Source: Dimargaris cristalligena (lineage: Eukaryota). From it: 64,000 bases of DNA. Below are positions 24,580 through 37,239 of this stretch, piece by piece. Below the pieces are notes generated by a model. That model had not been told where the DNA came from. It saw only the letters and a program-made list of their open reading frames with translations, and ran no database searches. The stretch lies in NCBI GenBank assembly GCA_003614675.1, contig ML002212.1:1-64000 (forward strand), written 5' to 3'. Both the position numbers and the translations under genes were made by a program. Positions within the stretch are counted from its first letter, which is position 1. Every line of letters starts with the position of its first letter.

Positions 24580-26182
24580 AAGCCCCATCAAACAACCCAG
24601 GGGGGAGGGGGAGTCCCGAATGGAATACTTTTACCATTATTATTTTCGGCCGGTGCCAATGGTAGCATCGCAAGCATGACCAAGATGTACTATCACCATT
24701 CAGTTGAATAACGGATATATGGGTGTGCTAGGCCTCGTCGCCCACATTTCTTTCTTCATGTGAGTACCCCCCCCCCCATACCGCAATCACAGGTTATCTT
24801 TTTCGAATAAAGTTATGGGTTATTGGCCAGCAACCATCAGCTTTTTTGAATCATAAACGGTCGAGCCATGTCGTGTACATCTACGTTCGTATTAAAATGG
24901 CAGGATTACACAATTGCGGTGCAATTAATTATATTGGTATTATATGCTCGGTTGCCAGTGTCCTAGTCAATCAGGGTTAGTTATATACTTGGTGATAGTC
25001 TGTTTTCAATCCGGCCCCCCTTCGCCAACACTAAACAATTTATGCAATAATCACTGTATATGTATGTCTTTGAGGGAAAGTGCTTGCTCAATTCATAACA
25101 TGACAGTGTTTGGGGCTGCACTAAGTAGTTTATCTATTACCTGTGCACAACTAACGGGACATTTATGCCACAGTGATGATTTAGATGATGAGAAATTCTT
25201 TGCTTAAACCTCTCTACTCAAGAAACGGCGGTCTTTTATTTTCGCACGCCGCTGTTGTAGATTGTATTAACTGTACTGCGACCAAAAAGTACACCAATAC
25301 TCATAAAGGGATGTGCCTTATCCATCTTGCCCTCCACTTCCCTATGCACCCTGTACGCTCGATTCCCAGACCTAAAACAACTTGATTTGTCATTATTCAA
25401 ATCAGCTGACAATATTTCCGCTTCCCTTAACTTCACTTGTGATTCTAGGTGGAAGAAATCCGCATAAATTGGAATATGAGTAATAATGGCACTACTAAGC
25501 CAGTCACTTGCCAGTTTTTGTAAAAGGGCTCGACTGCCCAACACACCCTACGTGGTCTAAAAAATACCACAGTTTGCCTGTTCTTCAAGAGCCCGATAGA
25601 CAGACAATAGCAATTACGTTAATATTGTAACGGCCAAAGGCCTCATTCACCAAGCCGAAATCCGGTATTTGTAAAATACTAATTGGCAAGTGGTCCGAGG
25701 GGGGTTAAGCTGACGTAATAATAGAAAAACAGCCACTCGGATTGACTGATTTATTCAAGCCCAATATCCCTCCCCCCGGGTAGTGTGAAGTGAAACCAAC
25801 CACTCTGGGTCCCCACCAATACCAACTGGTCAGCGGTGCCATTACAACAACTGCGGGTGACGCCCATCATTTATTACCGAGCAAGTCTAAATTGCAGTGA
25901 GAGAGAGGAAGTGCCTATATATGAAGAACCTGCCCTAATCCCTTTGAAACCGGCCATTAATACACACTACTTCATTATTATATTTTCCATTTTACCCCTA
26001 CTGCTTGATACTTTCACTAAGCTTACTTATTTTTGGCTAACATTATATCCTCCATTCGTCTACCCCCCCCCTTTCCCACAGTAACTGCTCCGTGATACCG
26101 TCCATAGTCACCCTACTCACCAAACCTGCATTGTCTGTACCACCTCTACCCGCTTCGCAACACACCCACTCGCCTCACCACC

Positions 26183-27635
26183 ATGTCTACCAGCGGTCAC
26201 TCCTCTGAAACCTCGGATAGATCCTCCCAGGCCTACGAGTATTGGAACAACCGGTGGAAGACCGGCGATGTTAAATGGGACCTCGGCGAGCCGGCCCCTT
26301 CGCTAGGGTATCTCCTCGACAGCTGGGCGATTCAGAAACATTTGAACCTGTGTCCCAAGAAAGAGATACTGACGAAAGGGCCTACGGCCGACGACCCCAA
26401 AGAATCGGTATCATCCCACCCACCCATCCGTACTTTGGACCAAGAGGCTAGTGCTGCCACCGACCAGCACAATGTGAATTTGGGCAACCGGTTGAAACCC
26501 CACTCTACCGAAAACGAGAGTGGTGAAAAGGCGGAAGGGGAAGTAAAGGAGGGTGCGGAGAAGGAGGCCTCGGGGACCCGTACCCCCATCTCCGGGGCTA
26601 TCATTGATACCATGCCCCTGGCGGAAGCCATGGACCTCCAGAAATTGGCCTGTGAACCGTCACCCGCCGCCTACAACGAATACCGGCACGCGCTCGTTCC
26701 GGGCTGTGGGTCCGGCTACGACGTGGTCCTGCTGGCGCAATACGGTTGGCGGGCCAAGGGTATTGACTTGAGTCCCATTGCCATTGACCGGGCCCGCCGG
26801 ATTGCTTCCGATAGCCCCGACAGCGACGGTGCTACATTTGCCGTGGAAAACTTTTTCGATACCCAAGCTCCAACGGGGGGATACCAATTGATCTTCGACT
26901 ATACGTAAGTTTTTTATCCCTATTATAGGGCCTAATAGGCCGGCGGGGGAGGGATAGTATTGTCCAAAGCAGGGGTGGAGGGGTTTGGTCCGGAAAGTGG
27001 AAGGGATTATAGTAGGTTGAGTCGTAGGAGTGAGAGATGGATACGAACTAAAATGCCGGCCAATCATACTTGAAGCCGTGTAACGAAGGAGTTTTTGTGC
27101 GTTTAGACGCGCGTTTTAGCACAACTCTCCTCCGTCGCCAACGTTGAACCAGGCATGCCTAGAGGATTCCCAACCCCCGCCACCCTTAATACCCCACCCT
27201 GCTCTGAACATGGGTAGAGCATACTCGACGGAAGTTGACCAACCTCAGCACGTCTAATAATATACACTAGCCCCGCCCAATACAATATGACTAAACCTGG
27301 TTGAATTGGCCTAATTTCAATTGTTAACCCTCCCCCTTGACATTGGTAGGTTTTTCTGTGCCCTGGACCCCAAGCTCCGTGAAGCGTGGGCCCGGAAAAT
27401 GTCCCAACTCCTTGCCAAACATGGCATTTTAGTGACCTTGATGTTCCCCACCAAACAACTCACCGACAATCCGCCGCCGCACACGAGTGCCCCTGAGGAT
27501 TATACGCGGGTTCTGAGCCCCTACTTTGATTTAGTGGGGGAAACGATTGCCGGAAAAGGCCCGGCAAGTCGACGGGAAATTGAAATGATTGCCCTGTGGC
27601 GGCTGAAAGAGGCGGAGCAGCAACCTAAACACTGA
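26183..27635 (+). CDS. SAM-dependent thiol/halide methyltransferase (TPMT/HOL family; exons 26183-26904, 27350-27635; ~335 aa)
   Basis: W..RW...WDLGEPAP, ALVPGCGSGYDV, GIDLS, ENFF, spliced LIFDYTFFCALDP..R..WA, and L.TLMFP. Confidence 0.9.
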
Positions 27636-28093
27636 ACACAGGCAACAAGAGAGAGAGAGAGAAATAAAGTACGACGCGTGCAGTAAGGGGTTGCTGAGGC
27701 GAAACTTAAAACGATGGAGATGATTATTGTTAGGCCATTCCCAATCCCCCCCTTCTTTCACTTCAACCATCCGTGTCTACCTGGGAAGATTAAAACGTTT
27801 TACGGTTGGTGATTTTTAGTGCCATGGCATATGTTTCATACCAATTCAACCGCGTTTGTATCTCTGCTTCTCCCAGCCCCTTTGTATGTGAATTTTATCC
27901 CATACCACCATTTTTGGATCATCCAACTGTCAGTCGGTATATCATCTATAATAATGTATAGGACTAATAAACTGATGTTTTAGTAAGACGAACCCGTTTA
28001 AATAATTAAAGCGAGCCCTTGGCACGCGTCTTCCAAAACTCTATATACTACCCCACCCATGATCAAATAGTTAAAACTCACAATGCGTTTAAT

Positions 28094-30665
28094 TTAAACA
28101 ACTCTAGCTGTCTTTTCCGATAAGACCAGTAATTCCCCACTGTTGGATGGAGAAGTTGTACCGTCCTTTTCAGCCTGCTCCGCTGATTTAGTCGGACACC
28201 AACGGTAAAATAATGAAGCCACGAATGCTACGGCTGCCACCCCGATCAACGAGAACAGTGCCATGCTAATAGCGAACAAGAAATTCGCGACAAACTGCCG
28301 CTGGTGCGCCGGTTCGGCCAACTCGTAAATATGGTCCAGCGAACCCAAGAGGTAATCGACCTTCGCCGGCGGCAGGGCCTGTGGTGGCGATCCCTGGGCT
28401 ACACGGGCCAGTAGAACGGATTTCATGATCGAACCGGTGACCGATATACCGAACACCGCCCCCAATAGCCGGAAGAAACTAATCAGCGACGTGGTTTGGG
28501 CCAAATCGGACGTGCCCACCTGAAACTGGGCGGGTAGGAAACTGTTTTGGATGGCCAGGCCCAACCCTGAACCGCCCAACACCAAAATCAGCACTAGGGG
28601 CACGTGACCGACCGCGAAAGGGGCTGAAGAAGTAGTATCACTGCTACTACTACTACTACCACTAATGGCGGAAATCGGGGTATACTGGAACAGGAAATGT
28701 AAACCGGATGCCAGGGTAGTAAGTCCTATGCCTAGAACGTTGGTAGTCCGTAGCCAACCGAAGCGCTCGATAAATAAAGCGGAAACCACTGCTACGACGT
28801 TGAGACTGAGCAGATAAGGAAGGAGATAGAGCCCGGCGCGAATAGCCGCGGATCCGATGCTGCTGCTGTCTCCGCTAGGTGAAGCACCACCACCACCTTC
28901 GGGACCCGCTTCGGCGGTCGCTTGGAGGAGGATATCGGTCGCTACGCCATCTCTGATTTGGAAATACAGAGGCACGAAGTAAATCACGGCGTAGAGCACC
29001 CACCCCATGACAAAATTGGTGATACTGGAAATGGCCACGTTGCGAACCTTCAGAATCGGTAGATTGACCACAGGGTCAGCGGCCCAGCGCAATTCGACCA
29101 GAACGAACAGGGCAAGTAGGAGGATGCCACCGCACAACAAACCCAATACTATAGGGGACTTCCAACCGTAATGAGTGGCATCACCACCCCATTCGATGGC
29201 TAAAACGAGTAGGATGACCCCCGCCAGAATTAGGAGCGTACCCGTGTAGTCCAGCTTGCGAGCCCGCTCGAGCCAGCTAGGAGGAGCCGAATGGACACCC
29301 GCCTTCTCAGTGGCATGGGTAGTAGTGGGGGTGTTGACAACGACGGGATTTTCCTTTAAGGTTAGGTAAATGATAATGAAGGCAGCCACGCAGAGCGGGA
29401 TATTGATGTAAAAGCACCAGCGCCAATTGAGACGCTCGGTGAGTACGCCACCTAACAAGGGGCCCACGACGCAGGTCAGGCAATAATTAAGGTTGAAGTA
29501 ACCGAGAAATTTACTACGTTCAGCGGGAGTGGTGATTTCTAATAGCAGTTGAGAAGTTGGGCAGCAATAATAAGGGTATTAGGTCGTAAAAAAGCGTTAA
29601 AGACCCATCACCTGAAATCAATACCCACGGGGCTTTCGAATCAACCCTGTCACTACCAACCGATTCATGGGACCTACTATGATTAGGTATATATCACTAC
29701 TACCACTGATGGTGAATAATTAGGTACTAAAAGGGCAGGGCGAACCCCTCCCTCTACTAAAATAAAATTAATCAGGCTAAACACTTACTGGAAATGGCAA
29801 TCAGAGTCACGGTGAGCAACCCGGCGGCGGCAATTCCGGAAATGGCCCTAAACACGATCAGCCATACCATATTAAACGACACTGCACAAAGGACTGACGT
29901 GGCTAAAAACAGGGCAACGGAGTACAGTAGGCACGACCGTAGACCAAAGACATCGGACAATTTGCCGAATATCGGCGAGAACGCGGTAATAGTCATCCAG
30001 TACGCCGTGGCAATCCAGGGGGCTAACGCCAGGGCATCAAACGTCGACGCAATGGTAGACATGGACGTGGCAATGATGGTTTCATCCAAAGCGGCCGGGA
30101 ACATGGCGAACATAAGACCCACCATGATCCAGGCGAGTTGCCGGGGGGTGTATTGCGGAGCGGAGGTGGAGGTGGAACTTTTTAAGGTTGAAGAGGGGGC
30201 TGAGGTGGCTGAGGGCGAGTTGGGAGGAGTTGGCGAAGAAGGTAAATTAACCGACCAACCGGAGGATTGGGCCGATAGTTTAATTTGCAGGGCCGCGGCA
30301 TTCACCGGGCGCCCGGCTGAGGCGGGATTAGGCAGGCGGGTCGAATTGGGGGACACTGTAGAGCGGCTATTTCGACCATCCTTTTCTCCGTGTCGCCATT
30401 CGGTTTCTTCTTCCAGCGGCTCCTTCTCCGCCAAACTCCGGGGGGCTAAACCAAAACAGGACGACGTGGTGTCCACGCTAGGGGCTGGGCTGGCGGGGGT
30501 CGAGATGACGGCGCTGAAGAGCATGGAGCCGCGCTCAAGAAGCTGACTCCCGGGGCTATTCACCCGGATGTCCATGTGGGCAAGGTCGGGTAAGTTGATT
30601 TGGTAGGGGGTTGGCGGGCCATCTGGCCGAGGCAGTGATGGGGGTGGCATTTTCTCCGCGGCCAT
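28094..30665 (-). CDS. MFS drug:H+ antiporter, DHA2/14-TM type (exons 30665-29789, 29538-28094)
   Basis: ALDETIIAT, WIATAY, FGKLSDVFG, FRAISG, GPLLGG.LT..LNWRWCFYINIP and LDY.G motifs, with a long S/P-rich N-terminal extension. Confidence 0.92.
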
Positions 30666-31735
30666 TATCGGGTGTTAATTAAGGAATGTCTTCAAACCTA
30701 TTAGTGATGCTATTTAGGGAATGCTGGCCAGTTACGGAAAGTAGGGTTAGCTCTGGGGTGCCTATTTAATATGCCGGAAATGCTACGAGAGAATATTACC
30801 GCTAGCCTTTTACAGAGAGTGGTTATAAATAAACAAACAAGAAAAAAAAAGTGGCAAGATTGAATCGAGAAATCCGGGGGACTCTATTTATATTTACTGA
30901 TCGGCAACCTTCGAGCTCAGGGTAAGCGGACCCTTTAGCTGTCTATTGATATTATTATTTTGTTCACCTCTCCAAGAAAAGGCCGGCCCGGCAACCAGTG
31001 ACGACGCCTGTTTGGGCTAAAGTCCCATTCCACAAGGCAAAACTCGCTAGTGGCTATAATATTAGGAATGGGCATGGAGCGGCTTCCCAGATTTAGGTTC
31101 CACAGCCTTCATACTAGGCGGAGGAGTCTGGGAAAGGGCCTATGTATTGAAGCGTTGCATTCACATTCGGGCTATGTTATGGTCCCCCCCATAAAACGAA
31201 TAAGCCACCGGTCAAATGGGAGGGGGGAATGTACGGGTTGGTTGTGGCCGTCTTGGGCGATTGATTGATGTGAAGGGCGTCTGTCTGTATACGTTTAAGT
31301 CGCCTCCACCAACGGGATGGCCCGTAAGCAAGCCCGCCACAGTCGGAATAGTTGTACAAAAAATGACTTATTTTCACTGGATCAATCGCTCCGTGGATAT
31401 TGGACGGTGGCGGTACAATGCGGGGACGATAAATAGTCACGGCGGCCTCGACGTTCAACGATAAAAACCCCAACTGGACGGTAAATGCCGTTGCTAGCGG
31501 AAAGCTGCCGCAATCACTAACTTGGTCGGAAACTAAGTGAACCGAAAATGTAATGGTTCCCATGGTGATGATTTCACATGACTGTTAGAGGGTGGCTAGG
31601 ATACCAAAGAAATGCTTTAATCGTACTAGGGACGAATCATCGCTGTATTATCGGGTTTTTCAAGAGGGGGGTTCAAGCCGGGTTTATAATGAAATATCCG
31701 GGCATGGTAGAATAGGGGAGTTCAATTTAAGACCA

Positions 31736-31884
31736 ATATACGAGAGACTCGACTAGGCTGTATAACCAAAAACTTGGCAGATGAGGCAAAATACCACAGG
31801 TCGCTAACGAACCAATCACCCGCCTATTTCCCCATATACATATTATTTTTAAATGGTATACTGTGGGGCCAAATTACATCCACT
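31736..31884. mobile_element. MITE-like element, degenerate copy
   Basis: AGGCTGTATAA..AAAA, GATGAGGCAA and TATTTCCCCATATACATATTATTT, colinear with the family. Confidence 0.6.
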
Positions 31885-32461
31885 CCACTGCGGTCTCCCT
31901 TCAATTGCATTCATACTTTAGCACATATTTCTGAAACTTCATCAGTATATCTATCTAATTATACCAGCGTACAAGGGAAATTACACTTTTGGCAATACAT
32001 TCGTGATCGCCTCCATTTGCGGCTGCTGGTTATACATTTATTAATATGGACATGTCCATTGTATATCGATGGGCAAACCATTCAACGCCGTCTTATCTTG
32101 AAAATGTCCACATATAGAATGTGAGGTCAACTTAAGACTATCCGCACGTATACTAAATTGGATGATGTAACGAATACCATGGACCGCTTAGAGACCGACT
32201 CCAAAACCACCAAAGTTTTTTTTTGGAATACACATTTTATTGGGCATAATTGGGAACTGGAAATGGGTGGAATGGCAACATTAGATCGTAAATGTACAAT
32301 TAAGAGTGGGGAGGAAGAGGGGGAAATAGTGAAGCGCCATATATTAACGACTCGCCCGTATAAGGAAGTAGGTGGACACACTTGGAAGGGAGGAGGAGTC
32401 GCTGACAATGAAAGGATAAAATAAAGAACAACTAAATATCACAAAATCACGTGATTTTTGT

Positions 32462-32839
32462 TTAGTTGGTGGCGCTGGTGAACTTGGTGACGGCCTTGGT
32501 GCCTTCGGAGACGGCGTGACGGGCAAGTTCGCCGGGAAGGAGCAGACGGACGGCGGTCTGAATCTCGCGGGAGGTGATGGTGGAGCGCTTGCTGTAGGAA
32601 GCGAGCTTGGAGGCCTCGGTGGCGATGCGCTCGAAGATGTCGTTGACGAAAGAGTTCATGATAAGCATGGCGCGGTTGGAAATACCGGTGTCGGGGTGGA
32701 CCTGCTTGAGCACACGGTAGATGTAGGTGGAGTAGGTTTCCTTGCGGGACTTGTTGCGCTTGGTGGTCTTCTTCTCACCGGCGACCTTGGGGGCCTTACC
32801 ACCGGTGCTGGGCTTCTTTTCGGCGACTTTGGGGGCCAT
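32462..32839 (-). CDS. HTB1: Histone H2B
   Basis: [23 protein letters not shown]...[30 protein letters not shown]; intronless. Confidence 0.99.
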   Translation of the reverse strand: MAPKVAEKKPSTGGKAPKVAGEKKTTKRNKSRKETYSTYIYRVLKQVHPDTGISNRAMLIMNSFVNDIFERIATEASKLASYSKRSTITSREIQTAVRLLLPGELARHAVSEGTKAVTKFTSATN

Positions 32840-34655
32840 GTTGATAGAGTGAGTAAAGGAGGGGGGAGATGGGAAGTGAAGTGTACTTGGGATGAGCGGA
32901 TTGATGTGATGATGAATATAAAAAATTGGGAGAACGGGAGGCCCGCCAGGGATTTTATATAAGTCCCCGTGGGTTAGGAATCGGAGGATTCCAAGGGGGA
33001 TTGTGGCCCAGTCAAAGGGTTGATAGGCTTTTTTTACAGGAGCAGTGGGTTACGCGCGTGTGTGCGTGTGTATAGGTAAATAGGTGTTGTGTACGGGTCT
33101 GATGTATAGAGGGGAAACACTAATTGAAGAGTACACGCAGCCAACTTTTGGATGGGGCGGCTCGCCCTAACATTTCGATGGACGATGCACGCGGCCAATC
33201 ATGGCCATCCAGGGTCGATCCTCTTCCCCACTGTCGTTTGCCGCTATTTCTCCCATCGTTGATGAATATTCTCCCACTCTCCTGTATCTCTTCCCCTTTC
33301 CTCTCCTTATCAGGGGCGCCGTGGGTTGTTGGTGAAACCGACCCCCTTGTTGTGTGTATATGATGTGTATAGGTGCGCGTTTCAAGCGTGCTCTCGTTGG
33401 AAACGCCGTTAAAATAAACACGTCGAGCCTGCGCGTCGCGTACGCGCTGTTTTCGAAACGAACGGATGCGGCTACACACGTCGCTTAAGTTAGTTATTCA
33501 CTTCCACCGTCGGATTATCGAACGTGGGATTCGAACAGTAACGGTCAAATTCCACGGTATTCTTCGATCCCAGATTCATAAACTAGTCGGACATACAATT
33601 TGACATTTTCGAAGGAAAGGGCGGTATGCGAAGCAAGTACCCATACTATTTTTAATTAACGGCATCCAGAACATTAGAACGTCACCCCTAATCATCTGCT
33701 AAAAAACAAAACTCATTTATTTAATAGAGTTGTTTAATGGCTAAACTGGGCCGAGACTGTCTATTGAACTCTGCACACTAAACTATTTCGGCTAGGCGGC
33801 CTTTTTTGTTCCAAAAAAATAACTAAGTGTATAGTGTTACTTGTTTTGTTAAATAATTGCGTTAACCCCGTACCGGGCTAATCCAAACAGATGAATGTTT
33901 GGGATACAATTCGATTCAGGGAGGTGGTATTCAATTAAACAGAATATCCCATCATTTGGCTCAGCTGCTGAGATTCGACTTGGACGAGTAAAAGGGATCG
34001 TTACCGATGCAGGGCATTAACTCAATGGGGTTTGATTGTTATGTGGGATCTAAACAAGGGTGGAATTCGCCTATAGCAGTCATTTGCCTGCAAAACTGTT
34101 CAATTTTCCCATTCGGACGCGCACGAAGGGATTGGACCAATTAGGCGAGGGCATATAATGGCCGATACTAGGTTTTACAGTACACACCACAGTGTGGGCA
34201 CTTCACTTGGTTAGGATTGGGGGAGAGAGGGTCGTCGCCCCTGGAAGAGGGAGCCCAGCGCGTAGCCTCCCTCCCTCTCTCTCTCTCTCTCTCTCTCTGA
34301 GGACACATTCCGGCGCTCTGAAACACTCAAGCCCACGCGTTCGGTTCAATGGGAGTTGCGCGTCTCCTATGTATGTGTGCATGCATGCGGGGCCATCCAA
34401 CTGTTTCTCTGATGGGTGATGTACACGCCAACTCTTTGATTCCCCCTCTCGCTCTTGCCCCCTGGTTTTCTTTTGGCGCTGGTATCTTCATTGGTCCATT
34501 TGCAATATATATATAAATCCCGCCGTCTTATGCCACCTCTTCGACATCACTCATCCACTATCCCTTCCCACTACCACTCTAGCTTGACATTCAACGCTCC
34601 CTCGCTTTCTTTAGCGTAATACTCTCCCCCTCAACTCTCCACAACTTTAATCAAC
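32840..34655. promoter_or_regulatory. Divergent H2B/H2A promoter region
   Basis: Head-to-head histone genes. TATA-like elements at ~32953-32961 (minus) and ~34506-34517 (plus). ACGCGT at 34335-34340, TTTGGCGC at 34472-34479, and CGCG clusters at ~33052, ~33375 and ~33431-33447. Confidence 0.7.
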
Positions 34656-35057
34656 ATGGCTGGTGGTAAATCCGGTGGCAAGGCTTCTGAGGCCGCTTCT
34701 ACTTCCCGCACCCGTTCGGCCAAGGCCGGTCTGCAGTTCCCCGTTGGCCGTATCCACCGTCACCTTCGTCACGGTAACTACTCCACCCGTATCGCCGCTG
34801 GTGCCCCCGTCTACCTGGCCGCCGTCCTCGAGTACCTGACTGCCGAAATCCTCGAATTGGCCGGTAACGCTTCCCGCGATAACAAGAAGACCCGTATCAT
34901 TCCCCGTCACTTGCAGCTCGCCATCCGTAACGACGAGGAACTGAACAAGCTTCTGGGTAACGTCACCATTGCCCAGGGTGGTGTCCTCCCCAACATCCAC
35001 GGCTCTCTGCTGCCCAAGAAGTCCAAGAAGGACATGGCCGCTTCCCAGGAAATGTAA
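34656..35057 (+). CDS. HTA1: Histone H2A (C-terminal SQEM, H2A.X-type motif)
   Basis: [50 protein letters not shown]. Confidence 0.99.
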   Translation: MAGGKSGGKASEAASTSRTRSAKAGLQFPVGRIHRHLRHGNYSTRIAAGAPVYLAAVLEYLTAEILELAGNASRDNKKTRIIPRHLQLAIRNDEELNKLLGNVTIAQGGVLPNIHGSLLPKKSKKDMAASQEM

Positions 35058-35470
35058 AAACCGCTTCTCTTAGTATCTATTAAGGGTTCTTCCTGTTTCT
35101 TATCCATCTTTATTCTCCCCCGTTCCGTTACATGTTCCCCCATTGTCATTTCACCTAATGTTCTATTTTCACGCTCCCTGATTATCGTTGATGTATAATA
35201 AAAATGAATTTCCGATAATATTCCTCCATAAACACCCACTTATTGGTCTTTGAAGTTGCTGGGTGCATAGTGAAGCACTGTAAAGTAAATTAGTCATTGG
35301 AGTGCCAGAGCCGGTGTGTGCTATATGCTCTCTAAGTGAAGCCGGTATATAACATCCGCCCAGAAGTTTCTGTCTATAGAGTCCCGTGAGGGGGACGACT
35401 CTCTAACCTACGCTTCTTGCGGCTCCTTAGTATATCTTTGTAAACTCGATTCGTCCTATTCTCATTCACC

Positions 35471-37239
35471 ATGCGGTCCATTCTCGCAACGGCCTGGCAT
35501 TCCAAGGCCCGCCTGTCCAAGGTTGTCAAGCCCAAGGTCGATCTGCCAAAGGCCATTGTTTCGGAGATCACCTCGACCAGCACCAGCAACTACTTCCCCC
35601 TCGACTCCGTCAAGGCTGGCGAAGACGCCCTTTTCCATTCCCGGCATGCGGCCTCGGGTCAGATCGCCTTTGGTAGGTAGTCTCCCCCGCTACCCACCAT
35701 GATATTGTCCAAGCTGAGACTGTGTATGCTTTGGCCTCCCAATGACTAGCCCCTAACTCATTTTACTTGAGTAATTCGGTGCACCATATCCAAATCCGCT
35801 ATTAATGCGCTTTTTACGCTAGCAACTGCACTATTATACTGTTCCGTAATAATTCTAGGTGTCGCTGACGGCGTAGGTGGTTGGACCGAGGTAGGTTAGC
35901 TATGCCATAATATCCCTATTGCCGCATTCCATTACTCAAACAATACTGCCGACACTTCAATCAGACTGCCCAACTGGGATACCATTCTAACCCTGTATAT
36001 ATTCCGTAATTAACCATACGTATAACCCGCCTTATAATAGTCAGGTGTCGACCCGTCTCTATTCTCACGGATGCTACTGAAAAATATATCCAGCAACATC
36101 AATTCTACCGAGGCCGAGCAATGGTCCGAGCTCAATCCGCTTAAATTGCTGCAAGCATCGCATCAGCGGATTATAGACGAGGGAGACCCCGAGTACGGTA
36201 AGAGCACGGTAACCTATATATAAGGAATCCTCAACCACATTGCCAAAGAAGGTACCACCGAGCTACACCTTGTTTATCGCGTAGCTATAGTATGTATACT
36301 CATGCGACTCTAAACTAGCGTTAGTTCTTTTGATCGCTTATTCACCGTGTCCCTAATCTATTAACCTGGGAACATCGTATACCCCTTATGCGCAACCGTA
36401 AATATAGGTGGTAGTACGGCCACCATCGGAACCTTTGACCCTACCTCGGGTGCCCTGTCGGTCCTTCAGCTCGGCGATTCCACCTTTGCCCTCTTCGGCC
36501 GCCGTAGCGAACTTACTTTTGCATCGGAGGAACAGACCCACGGTTTTAATTTCCCCTACCAACTCACCGCCCTGCCTGCCGCCCAACTGCAGGCCATGGC
36601 GGGGCGCCTCGATAAACCCCAGGACGGTCTTCAGCGTCAGATTCAGCTCCAACCCGACGACATTATCCTGATTGGTACGGACGGTGTTTTCGATAATCTC
36701 TATACGGACGACATACTGTCGGTTATCCGGGAACAGCTTTCCGACAATCGAGTGGCGGAGGTGCTAAAACAACACCAGCAGGCAGTAGCGTCCGGGTCGA
36801 GTAGTAGTGCGGTTGTCGCCGAGGCCCCGGGTTCCCTTAATGCCGAGACGGTGGATCAGCTAGAGACCCAGTGTCTGGCTAATGTAGCCCGGTCCATCAA
36901 CGATCTGGCCGTTCACCGGTCCCTTCTAACCCGGTACATGTCGCCCTTTGCCAAGCGGGCTAAGGAAGCACGCCTGCAGTTTAATTCAGGGTAGGTTATT
37001 ATTACTATTATTATTATTTATATATCCCGAGGCTGCACGTTAAATCTATCACTCGGCCGAATCTGCTTTCGTTAAGCATTCGGGTTTACTACGCTGTTAC
37101 TTATAATCATACCCACGTTATATATATCCCACCGCAATTTTTACACCCATTTTCAAGTAAAATCGACGACGTCAGCCTGGTCATGCTTTGGTGGCAGCCC
37201 CAAATGTTTGCCAAGTTTCTTCCCCAGTCCAAGCTCTGA
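35471..37239 (+). CDS. PTC7: PP2C-family phosphatase Ptc7/PPTC7 (exons 35471-35672, 35859-35890, 36041-36197, 36408-36990, 37158-37239; ~351 aa)
   Basis: AGEDALF, GVADGVGGW, GVDPSLFSR, GGSTAT, QLGDS, QTHGFNFPYQL, GTDGVFDNL, SPFA and spliced GKIDDVS. The last intron uses an AAG acceptor. The protein ends QSKL. Confidence 0.9.

Noticed and set aside
9430-30665. Possible secondary-metabolite cluster (CoA ligases, methyltransferase, MFS exporter)
   Set aside because: No PKS, NRPS or terpene backbone gene, and the genes are separated by HUB1, RPT3 and secreted-protein genes.
33500-33600. GTTCGAATCCCAC (minus strand) resembling a tRNA T-loop/B-box
   Set aside because: The 5' side of the T-stem does not pair, and no acceptor stem or cloverleaf can be built.
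35030-35057. SQEM C-terminus as an unusual H2A.X
   Set aside because: An SQE-hydrophobic tail on the main H2A is normal in fungi.
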